A stretch of 64,000 nt of DNA, from contig OZ024746.1 of assembly GCA_964016885.1 (NCBI GenBank), positions 62,000,001-62,064,000 on the forward strand. The letters are read 5' to 3'. Under the pieces are notes generated by a model. That model saw only the letters and a list, made by a program, of their open reading frames with translations. It made no database searches and had not been told where the DNA came from. Source of the DNA: Eledone cirrhosa (lineage: Eukaryota). Within the stretch, counting starts at the first letter, position 1, and each line of letters begins with the position of its first letter. Both the position numbers and the translations under genes were made by a program. Below, piece after piece: positions 1-14,840 of the stretch.

Positions 1-7
1 TCCTTCG

Positions 8-79
<72 letters not shown>

Positions 80-1026
80 CAGGGTCACCCAACCACGCAC
101 TGTAAACATGGTTGGTGTTACAAAGAGCATCCAGCAGCCGTAAAAACTCACCCCACACACGCGGTCCCACAAGGAGCAAGATACGGCGCGGCCAACTGGA
201 CAGAATTTTATCGTAACGAGACCACCCAGCTACCAAAATACGGCCTAACCAATACATAAAGAGTGGATCTGTAACCCAGGAAGAGCGCCAAATCATTGTA
301 AGATATACAGTAACTCCGTAGTCATGCATAATTGTATGTACACACGTATGCATGTGTGCATGCAAGCATGTCATTGCTCTGTGTCTATTTATATATGTTT
401 GATTTATATATGTGTACATGCATATTTTACCCTGATTATATACGTGATTATGTACATATACTACAGGCTATCATACCAGTCAACTCTCCCCGTCCGAGAT
501 GGGGAGATCTCCCACCCACTTTGGGGTAGGTGAGAGATGTCTTCTCTTGTGAAAATGGATATAGCTTTCATTATATAAAATCTCCCCATTTTGCCTCATT
601 TCTCTCCGTTTTGGGGCACTTCTTTTCATGGTACTCCCGGTTTTGGTTTTTAGAGGTTGGCAGGTCTGGGCTATACTGGAGTTCATTACGTGATTTAACA
701 GTTCAATTAACGGCTTGTATTATTAAATTCTAATTAACCGTGTCGTTTACTATCTTATGAAGCCTAGTGCAGTATTTCAAAATTGGTGTTGAGGCTGTTA
801 TTGACTAAACTGTACCCAAGAAATCACTGGTATAATTCTAAAGTTACAGCGGGAGTACAACGTCTGCTAGGCACATATAAAATCAGATAGTTTTTTTTTT
901 TTTTTTACTGTTTACACAGGTTCATTAACCTAGTAATAATTTATAGAATTGGGACTGAACTCGCATTATGATCAACACCACATGTGACCACTGCATATCT
1001 GTACGTACACACATACATACATACAC

Positions 1027-1057
<31 letters not shown>

Positions 1058-1476
1058 TACATACACACACACACATACATACACACATGCATACATACGT
1101 ACACACATACACACAAACATACATACATACATACATACATACATACATACATACATACATACATACATACATACATACAGACATACAATTAGTTAGGAAA
1201 TTACAAGTACAATCCATTAATGAAACAGTAAAAATATGTAAAATATTCCAAATATTTTGCATCTAATAACTGCATATACACATGTACAGATACTAAGCAT
1301 ATACACATGCACACATACAATAACATCCATATCTACACATGCAGACATACATACATATCTACCTAGTTGATGTTGTGTAAATTCCAATGAGAGAGTCTTG
1401 TGTCTATGTTAGAAACCAACTCTCTCTCTATTGCAAAAATTTGTGAAATTATAAAACCAGAACATATATACATACA

Positions 1477-2056
1477 TGGTGGCTGCCAACTCGTTTTCGA
1501 GTACGGCCACTACTTTATATCCATGTAGGAGAACCCATACCGATGCGCTAAACAAGTGTAACTTTTTAGTCCAGCAAGTGACTTGAAAACTCTGGTACAA
1601 ACACTACACTTGTGACAATTATTGACACAAAGTGCAGAGAGATCTCCAGATATAAAGCAATGCCTGTGCCGTGAAGCTTTTATAGTGAGCAAAGGGACTG
1701 CACAAAGCCAGTCCCACTCTCTTAACCAAGATGATATTTACCAAAAAGAAGAACAAGTCAACATCATTGGATACCATCAGAGTTGCAGGTGTTATATTAG
1801 AGTTTTCCTTCTCCTAGAATTCTGCCTTGACAAAGGCTAAGGGGTCATCTCTCCCGGTGATTTTGGATGGCCATTGACTCTTAAGAGCTCCTTTGCCCTT
1901 TGACAGGTTTTGTTTTTAGTCCTGCAGGATGTCCAAAGTCACCCTCCTCACCAAGAAACCTTGGTAGGGTTGCCAGTTTAGTCGCCAACGACCCGACCAT
2001 GAGACAGGTTGTACTGGGATACATGTTACCAGTAGCACCAACTGGTGACCTGACCA
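1477..2056 (-). mobile_element. Non-autonomous RTE-derived element (~580 bp; 5' UTR joined to 3' end)
   Basis: Contains CTAGGAGAAGGAAAACTC (RTE 5' UTR-like), a C2H2-like remnant CHKCSVCTRVFKSLAGLKS and the 3' hairpin CTCGAAAACGAG. Confidence 0.68.
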
Positions 2057-2436
2057 TACATACATATATACATACATACATATATACATACATGCATTCA
2101 TACATACATACATACAAACATACATGCATCAAAAATTGTGCACCTAAAAACTGCATATGCACATGTACAGATACAAAGCATATACACATGCACACATACA
2201 ACTCAAAACATACACATCCACACATATAATAACATCCATATCTACACATGCAGACATACATACATATCTACCTAGCTGATCTTGTGTAAATTCCAATGAG
2301 AGAGTCTTGTGTCTATGTTAGAAACCGACTCTCTCTCTATTGGTAAAACTTTGTGAAATTATAAAACCAAAAGAACATACATACATACATACATACATAC
2401 ATACATACATACATACATACATACATACATACATAC

Positions 2437-2468
<32 letters not shown>

Positions 2469-2623
2469 CTGGAACCTTCAAAATCTGTAAAACATTCTTA
2501 CGATTAAAAGGAGTAAAAGGACGAACAATTGCACAAGGGACGATGAAGATTGTCTTTTCTTTACAACTTTGCCACCGGGAAGTTGGCTGGTCAAAAATAA
2601 ACTCAACATTAAGAGAAAGGGAC
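2469..2623 (+). mobile_element. Diverged R4/Dong-like 3' end
   Basis: GTFKICKTFLRLK plus a matching 3' UTR, directly after (CATA)n. Confidence 0.62.
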
Positions 2624-2739
2624 ATCTATAATACAAAACTTTCATACATGCAATCACATATATATACATATATAGATATTTAAAGTGTACTCATGGACAC
2701 TCAGAAATAAACCTACATATATGTATGTATATTGAGAGA

Positions 2740-2935
2740 TGGAGTGGCCCTTCCAGCGCATCTCCCTTACCATCCTCCGAGGAAACGCCTTCTCCATTCT
2801 GTCCGCCGGGACAGTGGGGCTGCCAGCACGTGGGACCCCATTTGCTCACTATACTGAGAGATGGGGAGGGCGAGAGAGATGGAGGCGATGATGGTGGGAG
2901 TTTGGCTTCTCCGTGTTCGGACACATTGCACCTGT
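2740..2935. repeat. GC-rich dispersed repeat with an inverted second copy at ~5755-5935
   Basis: CATCTCCCTTACCATCCTCCGAGGAAACGCC...CACGTGGGACCCCATTTGCTC is present on opposite strands. Confidence 0.75.
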
Positions 2936-2980
2936 CAAAGAGTGTATTTTCATGTTTACACATCTAGCTGACTAATTAAC

Positions 2981-3089
<109 letters not shown>

Positions 3090-3116
3090 TATAGGACTTC
3101 CATTATTTATTTCCAA

Positions 3117-4055
3117 GGGCGGTGGATTGGCAGTATCGGTAGAAGGTCGGAGGCCATGCTTTCCAGCATAGTTACGTCCCTTTACGATCTGAGTTCAAAT
3201 CCCGCCGAGGTTAACTTTGCCTTTCATCCTTACGGGGGCGATAAAATAAAGTACCAGTAATGTACTGGGATAATTGCTGGCCTTGTGCCAAAAGTAGAAA
3301 CAATTATTTATTTCCAACTATTATTTTATCGCCCCCGTAAGGATGAAAGGTAAAGTTAAATCCCGCCGAGGTTAACTTTGCCTTTCATCCTTACGGGGGC
3401 GATAAAATAAAGTACCAGTAATACACTGAGATAATTGCTGACCTTGTGCCAAAAGTAGAAACAATTATTTATTTCCAACTAAGGGCGGTGGATTGGCAGT
3501 ATAGGTAGAGGGTCGGATGCCATGCTTTGCAGCATAGAGTTGCGGCCCTTTATGACCTGATTTCAAATCCTGCCGAGGTTAACTTTGCCTTTCATCCCTA
3601 CGGGGTCGATAAAATACAGTACCAGTCACGCACTAGTGTCGATTTAATCGACTTCTCCCTCCCTCTAAATTGCTGGCCTTGTGCCTAAATAAGAAACAAT
3701 TATTTATTTCTAACTAACTTCCCCTTCTTCCGCCTCCGGTATTTTTTATTTTACCAAAAAACAAAGTAAACTATAATACAAATTCTAATGAAAAGATGAT
3801 ATGAACGAAAATGGTGGCTGTTTAGCCGCAGTATTTCTACTATTCTTATATGACTACTGAATGATAATTGTTTCTACTTTAGGCACAAGGCCAGCAATTA
3901 CATAGTGCATTACTGGTACTTTATTTTATCGACCCCGTAAGGATGAAAGGCAAAGTCAATCTCGGGGCGAGATTTGAACTCAGATCGTAAAGGGACGTAA
4001 CTATGCTGGAAAGCATGGCGTCCGACCCCTCTACCGATACTGCCAAATCCACCAC
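3117..4055. mobile_element. Cluster of tRNA-derived SINE-1 copies (Nin/Deu-like central domain)
   Basis: A box TGGCAGTATCGG, B box GAGTTCAAATCC, GCCTTTCATCCTTACGGGGTCGATAAAATAAAGTACCAG and tail AGAAACAATTATT. Copies at 3117-3310+, 3361-3470+, 3483-3705+ and 3865-4055-. Others at ~5530-5720-, 7447-7600+, 9486-9578+, 15657-15775+, 23480-23860+, 26200-26380-, 27730-27915-, 36810-36875+, 41490-41700- and 54210-54355+. Confidence 0.85.
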
Positions 4056-4389
4056 TGACTACTGAACGATAATATAAGCTGATTAAATAAATGATATTTA
4101 GCTAAATGGACGAGCTGTTTTGGTATTAAACTCCCTATTTAGGGAAATAATACAATTGGTTTGACTGCTCGGATCGGCAATTTTCGACGCGTCTCTCCCC
4201 CAATTTCTCACTTTCCTAGCAACATCTCAGCGGAACTACGCTTAATCAGCCGTTTCTCACAGCTATATTATCTCTTCTGCACTCTTCATCCGCTTCAATA
4301 AAGAATCATCTTTACCTCATCACTGCTGACTCCACCCAGACATTTGTTATTGTTACGATATTTAACGAGAAACTGAACAGACAAGTGGT

Positions 4390-5345
4390 GTTAGTAATGG
4401 AGGCGGCGGTGACTGTGGTTGTGGTGGTGGTGGTGGCGGCGGCGGCGGCGGCGGCGGTGAGTGTGGTGATGGTGGTGGTGGTGGCGGTGGTGGCGGAGGC
4501 GTCGGTGACTGTGGTGGTAGTGGTGGTAGTGGTGGTAGTGGTGATGGTGGTGGCGGTGACTGTGGCGGTGGTGGTGGTGACGGCGGACGCGGCGGTGAGT
4601 GTGGTGATGGTGTTAGCGATGGCGGTGGCGTCGGAGGCATCGGAAGCGTCGGTGACTGTGGTGGTAGTGGTGGTAGTGGTGGTAGTGGTGGTAGTGGTGG
4701 TGGTGGTGGTAGTGGTGGTAGTGGTGATGGTGGTGGTGGTGGTGACGGCGGTGACTGTGGTGGTAGTGGTGGTAGTGGTGGTGTTAGTGGTGGTGGTGGT
4801 GGTGGTGGTGGTGGTGACGGCGGACGCGGCGGTGAGTGTGGTGATGGTGTTAGCGATGGCGGTGGCGTCGGAGGCATCGGAAGCGTCGGTGACTGTGGTG
4901 GTAGTGGTGGTAGTGGTGGTAGTGGTGGTGGTGGTGTTAGTGGTGGTGGTGGTGATGGTGGTGGTGGTGGTGACGGCGGTGACTGTGGTGGTAGTGGTGG
5001 TAGTGGTGGTGTTAGTGGTGGTGGTGGTGGTGGTGGTGGTGGTGACGGCGGTGACTGTGGTCATGGTGGTAGTGGTGGTGGTAGTGGTGGCGGCGGCGGC
5101 GGCGGCGGCGTCGGCGGCGACGGCGGTGACGGTAGTAGTGGTGGTGGTGATGGTGGTGGCGCTGATGGCCGTTGTGACGGTGAGAGTGGTGGTGGTGGTG
5201 GTGGTGGTGGTGGTGGTTGTGGTGGCGGCGGCGGTGGTGGCGACTGTGTTAGTGGTGACTGTGGTAGTGATGGTGGTGATGGCGGCGGCGACGGCGGTGA
5301 CAGTGGTGATGGTGGTAGTGGTGGTGGTGGTGGAGATGTTGGCGG
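4390..5345. repeat. (GTG/GCG)n triplet-derived array with a ~240-bp higher-order duplication
   Basis: The block GACGGCGGACGCGGCGG...GGAGGCATCGGAAGCGTCGG occurs at ~4578 and ~4816. Confidence 0.9.
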
Positions 5346-6504
5346 ACTGAAGTGTATTAGAACACAGCAATGGAAGTGACGCGCCTGTAGCCTTTAGATC
5401 CCTAGGTTCATTTGACCCCGAATAAAAAAAATGTATTTGTCAACAACTTGTTCTCTATTCCTAAGCAACAGTAAACGTAGTTGTTGATCTAACATAGCCC
5501 AACAGTTCGGTACAGAACACTCTAGAAGGTAATTGTTTCTACGTTAGGCACAAGGCCAGCAATTAACCAGTGTATTACTGGTACTTTATTTTATCGACCC
5601 CGTAAGGATGAAAGGCAAAGTCAACCTCGGCGGGGTTTGAACTCAGACCGTAAAGGGGTGTAACTCTTTGCTACAAAGCATGGCGTCTGACCCTCCACCG
5701 ATACTGCCAATCCACCGCCCTATGACCTCTATAGATAATGAACACAACCTCAAGGATATGGTCCGAACGTGGAAGAGTCGAACTCCCACTGTCATCGCCC
5801 CCATCTCTCTCGCCCTTCCCATTTCTCTGTATGGAGAGCAAATGGGGTCCCACGTGTTGGCCTCCCCACGGTCCCGGCGGACAGAATGGAGATGGCGTTT
5901 CCTCGGAGGATGGTAAGGGAGATGTGCTGGAAAAAGGTATTAATTGGGAGCAGGTGTGACTTCTCAAGGTTACTGGAATAATAATGATAATAATTATTTC
6001 TAACTTAGGCAGAAAGGTGGAAATTTAGCAGGTGAGGTTAATTGATTAAAGCGACCTCGGTACTTTCCTTTTTTGTTATTGTGGTTTTATCAACATTGGA
6101 AGGATGAAAAGTAAAGTTGACTGGGCATGATTTGAACTAAGAACGTAAAGGGCTTGTACAGCAAAGTAGTTAATCCGACGCTCTAACGATTCTGCCAAGT
6201 GATGGTGAAAGGATTTGAAAAGCTGCGATATGAATACTTCTTTCTTGGCCCCTTTACCAAAGTCGATTCAGAGAGAAAGAAAGAGAGGGGAGATGGAGGG
6301 GAAGTAGATACAGAGAGAGTGAGAGCGGAGGGACTTCTGGCAATGTTCTTTATTTCATCAACCTCAAAAAGTTAACAGGAAAAGTCAGCTTTGGCTAAGT
6401 TAGAACCCAAAATGCAGAGAGTTTGGAAATAGCAACAAACATTCTATTTAATCTGGTAACCGTTCTGTCAACTCACCACCTTGTAATAACTGTTTCTGCT
6501 TTTG

Positions 6505-6890
6505 GCATAAGGTCATCAAATTTACCTCACTCATTGAAAGAGCCCTCTCCCGGTTATTTCTTCCTGGTCAAAGAGGGCCATGTCAGTCTCGTCACTCTAG
6601 CTTCTCTCACTCCATCCTTCATAACACACACAAGAAGGCAGCACGCTCCTCTCTAAACTCACCTTCATCTTTATGCAGTACTTGAAGAAGTTGACGATGG
6701 CTTGGCCAGAGAGAAAGGTTTCTGGCCCCAAAGCTTTTAGATACGTCCACCATACAGCTTCTTTCATCATAACTACCTCCAGACAGAGGAAAACTTGCCG
6801 CGTCACCGATCTAAAGGAAAATGGCGGTTCAATTTTCATGTTACACCCGGCTGGCGCACAAATTTGTGCTCGGTGATGCAGTGACAGCAC
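6505..6890 (-). pseudogene. Tx1/L1-like LINE ORF2 3' remnant
   Basis: VFLCLEVVMMKEAVWWT...LSGQAIVNFFKYCIKMKVSLER matches the K..W...F...ER...W pattern of Tx1-type C-termini. Confidence 0.5.
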
Positions 6891-6927
6891 GCAATAAAAT
6901 ATGACTAATGATGGTGATAATAATAGA

Positions 6928-6967
<40 letters not shown>

Positions 6968-7107
6968 GTGCTTAAATTGACAAGTCCAACACACACATAT
7001 GCACATGCTCGCATGCACACACACACACACACACACACACACGCGCGCGCGTACACACACACACACACACATACACATATGTATATATATGTGTTTATAT
7101 ATATAAG

Positions 7108-7199
<92 letters not shown>

Positions 7200-7251
7200 C
7201 TATAAGAATAAAGGAACAAAGAATCAGTGTTGCATCATAACATATTTAATA

Positions 7252-7343
7252 ACATATTACATATGTTTCACTGTCGATCAACTCGAGGACCGATCTATTA
7301 TTGATGAAACCTGACTCTGGAATCGAAAGATCCTCAGATATGC
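7252..7343 (-). ncRNA. Type I hammerhead with long stem II (family F, element ~7198-7445)
   Basis: GCAUAU CUGAGGA UCUUUCGAU...AUCGACAGU GAAAC AUAU GUA/AUAUGU. Confidence 0.7.
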
Positions 7344-7654
7344 CTCTTGTCTCTAATTCTGTGTACGAACTTCTCCAGTCGGTTGTTATATTCAGCACAT
7401 TCTAACAACGTGGTATTTTGCGTCCGCTCATTGGTTCATTATTTCATCGGTAGAGGGTCGGACGCCATGCTTTCCAGCATAGTTACGTCCCTTTACGGTG
7501 TGAGTTCAAATCCCGCCGAGGTAAACTTTGCCTTTCATCCTTACGGGGTCGATAAAATAAAGTACCAGTAATGTACTGGGGGTATTTGCTGGCCTGGTGA
7601 AACATCATCAGTCTATCCTCAAAGTAACGTCTATCTCTCATCCTCCGGTCTAGT

Positions 7655-7707
<53 letters not shown>

Positions 7708-8237
7708 ACCGGGCGATGCGTTATGTCCTTGAGCAAGACACTTTATTTCACGTTGCTCCTTCTACCTGGAGTTGCGACCGATAGATAGTATTAGCAACTG
7801 GAAAGACCAACGGAAACATTGTTTCCTCGGTCCGATTTGACGAAAGTCGATCGATCCAAAAATATATAATTACAGTAAAGATGTTGACTAATCAAGGTTG
7901 CATATGTAACACACTGATCAGTGCTTAATGATGTAATTCGATTCAAGCACTCAACATCATGTGTTTTCTTCCAAACATAATTTGTTAGTCCGTAATTGAG
8001 TGTATGTACAATAAAAATAAATGCGAAGTTCGGTGTAGATGCTTAAAATCTTTTATTTATAAAGCTGTGATACATATTTCAATGGTATTCATTGCTACGG
8101 GATGGTTCGGTCACGCATCTTATGTATTAAGGTTACGTTTCCGAGGCAATCCAATCTAAAGTCAAGGGAACGGACAGATATAATGTTTTCATTACACACA
8201 CTCACACACTCATATATATATATATATATAGGTATAT

Positions 8238-8268
<31 letters not shown>

Positions 8269-8269
<1 letters not shown>

Positions 8270-8846
8270 GGTGGCTGCCAACTCGTTTTCGAGTACGGCC
8301 ACTACTTTATATCCATGTAGGAGAACCCCTACCGACGCGCTGAACAAGTGTGACTTTTTAGTCCAGCCAGCGACTTGAAAACTCTGGTACAAACACTACA
8401 CTTGTGACAATTATTGACACATAGTGCTGGGCCCATGGTACCATGTGACGACAAGTGCAGAGAGATCTCCAGATATAAAGCAATGCCTGTGCCATGAAGT
8501 TTTTATAGTGAGCAAAGGCACTACACAAAGCCAGTCCCACTCTCTTAACCAAGACCATATTTACCAAAAAGAAGAACAAGTCAACATCATTGGATACCAT
8601 CAGGGTTGCAGGTGTTATATCAGAATTTTCCTTCTCCTAGAATTCTGCCTTGACAAAGGCTAAGGGGTCATCTCTCCCGGTGATTTTGGATGGCCATTGA
8701 CTCTTAAGAGCTCCTTTGCCCTTTGACAGGTTTTGTTTTTGGTCCTGCAGGATGTCCAAAGTCACCCTCCTCACCAAGAAACCTTGGTGGGGTTGCCAGT
8801 TTAGTCGCCAACGACCCGACCATGAGACAGGTTGTACTGGGATACA
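8269..8846 (-). mobile_element. Second copy of the non-autonomous RTE-derived family
   Basis: High identity to 1477-2025. Confidence 0.68.
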
Positions 8847-9214
8847 TGTATATATTGTACTGGGATATATATATTTACATACATACATACAGACATATAT
8901 ACATATATATACATATAGGCATATTTAATGTAGGTATTACTACAGCTTTTGATTAAAAGTTTTCACGTTGAAAAAAAGGAAAGGTAAACACTCTCATTTC
9001 TTTCTTTGTGCACAGAAATGAAAAGAGTTTTGTCTATTAGGATATAACTATTCCAACAATTCTATATACTCTACAAAGGAATATTGCTACACTCAGAATA
9101 TATATAGATATATCTGTCTGTCGAGCTGCATGGAGAATATAGTTACATTTATATATGTTACATTTATTTTCTGCGTTTAGGATTCCTATATTTTTAAAGA
9201 ATATATATATATAT

Positions 9215-9482
9215 AATTCAAGGACGATTTGTTAAGCCTTCACTGCGTTTATTGATTGCTGATGCGTGTTTCGCTAATGATCAGCTCAGGGTTAGATCTG
9301 TATCGATCAAGCCCGACTCTGGAATCAAAAGCTCGTCAGACCTTTGCAGCTGTAATGACGAGTTTTTGATTCCAGAGTTGAGCCAGATCGATACAGATAG
9401 AACCTTGAGCCGATCATTAACGAAACGCGCGTCCCCAATCAATAAACGTAACAAAGGCTTAACAAATCGTCCTTGTATTATT
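9215..9482. mobile_element. Family F-related inverted-repeat element with hammerhead cores
   Basis: Imperfect palindrome centred near 9348. CTGACGA lies on the minus arm and GAAAC GCGC GTC on the plus arm. Shares GACTCTGGAATC with the 7252-7343 element. Confidence 0.62.
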
Positions 9483-9674
9483 ATCGAGGTTAACTTTGCC
9501 TTTACGGGGTCGATAAAATAAAGTACCAGTAATGCACTGGGTATCTTGCTGGCCTTGTGCCAAAAGTAGAAACAATTATATTATTATATTACACTTTATC
9601 TAACTCTACACCTCACCACTAACGTGAAACCGAAACATCGAGTGCTCACCTTACACTCCCTGGATATATATATA

Positions 9675-10130
<456 letters not shown>

Positions 10131-10137
10131 TATGTGC

Positions 10138-10175
<38 letters not shown>

Positions 10176-10434
10176 CGTGAGGAAAATTTTGACAACAGGA
10201 AGTGCCTGGCGTCAGAAAAGGCATCCGGCCGTAAAATGCTGCCTCAGAATATACCACCCATTCCATGCCTGTATGGCGAAGCAGACGTAAAAACGATGAT
10301 GTGGATATAATTTTATTGGTGCTGACACTAAAATTATTATTAATATTGGACACTGCACATTTATTGACTCCGTTATTCAGTGAATGTTCGTAGTTCTTTA
10401 TAAAATATTCATTTCACCTATATATATATATATA

Positions 10435-11047
10435 GTATTAAGGATACTATTTATGGTTATGTATATACTAAAACTTTTTATAGTTATATATATTTTAAAC
10501 CCTAAACAGTGAAAGACAGTAATATATTACTACCTTATTACCAGTAAGATAAATAGCTCAATGTAATAACATCAGTTGTTCTGCAGAGCAGTTATATAGA
10601 AATTACATGAATCAAAGTTCTGTTCAAATCATTTATTAGCTTACAATTGTTTCATCCAAACCGAGGATGAAACAATTATAAATAAGACACACGTGCATGC
10701 CCCACGTGTAACTATTGCATGCAATAACTACTACAACTGACTAACAAACTATCCTCTTGCATTATCTTCGTAAACTGCCGATGTTGTATTTTAATTTTAA
10801 TTTTGCTTTGATTCTGTTTTAATATGATTTTAATTTTTGAATTTAAATTGCCATGCAAAAATAATATAATGGATGTCACCCCACTGTGCATCAATATATA
10901 CGTATGTATCTGTATGTCTCTTGTGTTGGAAAGGAGGTCATGTATGTAAACAAACATTGAAAAATTGCTCCGAAGACTACAACCCTCGGTTTAGATGAAA
11001 CAATTGTAAGCTAATAAATGATTTGTACAGAACTTTGATTCATGTGA

Positions 11048-11052
<5 letters not shown>
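10435..11052. mobile_element. Family E inverted-end element with variant hammerhead (10965-11013 +)
   Basis: 10597-10662 is inverted relative to ~10985-11052. Core GCU CCGAAGA...GAAAC AAUU GUA/AGC. Confidence 0.65.
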
Positions 11053-11138
<86 letters not shown>

Positions 11139-11222
11139 GAGTATGTACGCATATATATGTATATATGTGTGTGTATGTAAGTATATATATAGATATGGAT
11201 ATAGATATACATATATATATAT

Positions 11223-11422
11223 AATGAAGGAAGTGTGGTAAGGAACGAGGTGGACCATAACGCACCAGAGTACTCAATACTTAGGGTAGTAGAGTAGGTA
11301 ATAGGAAAATGATCAAGACCCCGACGGCTGAGCTCAACCCGTTTCGATGGCTATTTCTGGACGTCCAAAAATAGCCTTCGAAACGGCTTGAGCTCTGCCG
11401 TCGGGGTCTTGAACATTTTCCT
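11223..11422. mobile_element. Family A inverted-repeat element
   Basis: Same arms and tail as 9852-10056, between (TA)n tracts. Confidence 0.7.
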
Positions 11423-11426
11423 ATAT

Positions 11427-11534
<108 letters not shown>

Positions 11535-12208
11535 ACAGGGAGAAAAAGACGATTATAAGATATATATATATATATACGTATATATATATGTGTGTGTGTG
11601 TTTATATATATATACTCTGGTGAATATTTGAGTGTGTGAGTGTATGTGTGTGTGTGTATGTGTGTGTAGTTGTATATGTATGTATATATATATATATATA
11701 CATGCATCCTTTGTGCAATAAATGGGTAGTCTCTTGTAGAGAGGTGGTAGGAATAAAGTCTAGTAAGTACCTTATTATTTATTTAAACCAATAATAAACA
11801 AACAAATGTATAATGGGGAGCACGACACACGCTTCCATGTATGATTAAGGGGTAGTCTACAACTTTTCTCGCAATTTGGTGTTTTCTGTCTCTCATCAAA
11901 GCAAGGAAGATGTTTGACGTAGTCGCACGAAAAACAAGATTGTATAGAACAGAACAAAGGATTGACACACAAAATAAAAACTTAGTCACTGAGGAGGTCA
12001 CAGAATGTGTGACGAAAGAGCTTTGACAATATATAAACAACCATCCTGTTATCGAACCAACCAGCTAACCGGAAATTTATAATAAATTGAAGTGAAAACC
12101 AACAGGTGCGCGTGTGTTTATTGGCAACATGACCCTCCCAAAGTATAACAATATCTGTTTCAACGCACGTTTTCAGATAAGAAATCTCGCAAAATAAATT
12201 CAAAAACG

Positions 12209-12264
<56 letters not shown>

Positions 12265-12291
12265 ATTTATATATGTATGTATATATATTTC

Positions 12292-12650
12292 TAGGGCGGG
12301 TAAAATTCCCGAGATCCATGGACGAGTTCTCTCCAGCGGTCTCTGTCCCTCGTTATCGCTGCCATGTCCTGCGTCTCCAATAGACCAGTGTCTGTCCTTA
12401 GGGCGTCAACATACGTCAACCTTGGTCTTCCTCTTCCAGTGTGTCCATGTATGGGGCTCCCACAGGAGCACTGAGTGCAATGTCAACTCTGGATGTCGGT
12501 GAGCATGTCCAGCTAAACTCAGTCTCCTCTGTTGTCACTTTTGAGCTGACTTTTGGGAGGCTCCCATACAGCTCTGAGTTTTTCATCTCAGTGTATACTG
12601 ATTAATGTTCAGAGCCATCCTCAGCATTCTCGTGTAGCACCCATCCACTA
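12292..12650 (-). pseudogene. RTE-clade LINE 3' ORF fragment
   Basis: RRLSLAGHAHRHPEL..VLLWEP, then after a frameshift HGHTGRGRPRLTYVDALRTDTGL...DRDRWRE. Confidence 0.72.
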
Positions 12651-12652
12651 TA

Positions 12653-12707
<55 letters not shown>

Positions 12708-12979
12708 CAGTTGTCGCAATGTTGAGGGTATGACAATAAGTTGCTTAAATAGCGTCACAGCAATGGAAAGGCGGTTTCAATTCTTCAGAACACACCTTAA
12801 TAATGTCTGCCTAGGGGCGCCAATTTTAATGATAAAGCTAATAAGACAAACGACAAGAGCAATACCGCCATCATCGTTGTATTTTTTCACCAGAGTTCAC
12901 AGCTGTGACACTGTGTGATAGTTGAATATGCCCTCTGTTAACCCAACCATCACCACAATCTTCACCCTCAGTCATCAAT

Positions 12980-14302
12980 AGCACTACCACCACCACTACC
13001 ACCAACACCACCACCACTACCACCACCAATATCACCGCCACAACTATCACCACCACCACCACCACCACCACCACCACCACCACCACCACCACCACCACCA
13101 CCACCACCACCGTCTTCACCCTCATTCACCAATAGCACTACTACAATCATCACTCACATCTACCACTACTACTAATACCACCACCACCACCACCACCACC
13201 ACAGTCTTCACCCTCATTCATCAGTAGCACCACTACAACCATCACACCCACATCTACCTCTACTACTACTACTACCACCACCACCACAGTCTTCACCCTC
13301 ATTCATCAGTAGCACCACTACAACCATCACACCCACATCTACCTCTACTATTACCACCACCACCACCACCACAGTCTTCACCCTCATTCATCAGTAGCAC
13401 CACTACAACCATCACACCAACATCTACCTCTACTACTACTACCACCACCACCACAGTCTTCACCCTCATTCATCAGTAGCACCACTACAACCATCACACC
13501 CACATCTACCTCTACTACTACTACTACCACCACCACCACAGTCTTCACCCTCATTCATCAGTAGCACCACTACAACCATCACACCCACATCTACCTCTAC
13601 TACTACCACCACCACCACCACCACCACCACAGTCTTCACCCTCATTCATCAGTAGCACCACTACAACCAACACACCCACATCTACCTCTACTACTACTAC
13701 TACCACCACCACCACAGTCTTCACCCTCATTCATCAGTAGCACCACTACAACCATCACACCCACATCTACCTCTACTACTACTACTACCACCACCACCAC
13801 AGTCTTCACCCTCATTCATCAGTAGCACCACTACAACCATCCCACCCACATCTACCTCTACTACTACTACTACCACCACCACCACAGTCTTCACCCTCAT
13901 TCATCAGTAGCACCACTACAACCAACACACCCACATCTACCTCTACTACTACTACTACCACCACCACCACAGTCTTCACCCTCATTCATCAGTAGCACCA
14001 CTACAACCATCACACCCACATCTACCTCTACTACTACTACTACCACCACCACCACAGTCTTCACCCTCATTCATCAGTAGCACCACTACAACCATCACAC
14101 CCACATCTACCTCTACTACTACTACCACCACCACCACAGTCTTCACCCTCATTCATCAGTAGCACCACTACAACCATCACACCCACATCTACCTCTACTA
14201 CTACTAAATCTATTACCAACTAAAAATAACAATGCCAGCAACAGTAGCAGCAATCCTACCAATTCTACCAATCATACCACCACCACCACCACCACCACCA
14301 CC

Positions 14303-14351
<49 letters not shown>

Positions 14352-14804
14352 CCACCACCACAGCCACCACAACCAACACCACCACCACCACTACAACTAC
14401 CACTACCACCACCACCACCACCATCACCACCACCACCACCACCACAACCACCACCACCACCACCACCACCACCATCACCACCACCACCACCACTCAATAC
14501 CACTACCACAACTACCACCACCACCACCACCACCATCACCACCACCACCACCACCATCACCACAACTACCACCACCACCACACCACCACCACAACCACCA
14601 CCACCACCACCACCACCACAACTACCACCAACATCACAACCACCACCACCACAACCACCACCACAACCACCACCACCACCACCACCACCACCACCCCCAC
14701 AACCACCACAACCACCACAACCACCATCACCACCACCACCACACCACCACAACCACCACCACCACCACCACCACCACCACCACCACCACACCACCACCAC
14801 CACC

Positions 14805-14835
<31 letters not shown>

Positions 14836-14840
14836 CCAGA
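12980..14840. repeat. ~60-70-bp minisatellite (about 15 units, 13200-14205) flanked by (CAC)n
   Basis: Unit CAGTCTTCACCCTCATTCATCAGTAGCACCACTACAACCATCACACCCACATCTACCT(CTA)n(CCA)n. Confidence 0.93.

Noticed and set aside
1972-2054. HDV-like or twister assignment for the RTE leader
   Set aside because: I could not place P1/P1.1 of HDV or the twister core, so it is reported only as an unassigned structure.
4312-5370. 352-aa Thr-rich (mucin-like) ORF and the overlapping poly-Val/poly-Pro ORFs
   Set aside because: Triplet repeats are open in several frames on both strands, with no unique domain or splice support.
13200-14205. Regular arrays here and at 59480-60366 as CRISPR-like loci
   Set aside because: There are no unique spacers, the units are head-to-tail minisatellites, no cas genes are present and the context is eukaryotic.
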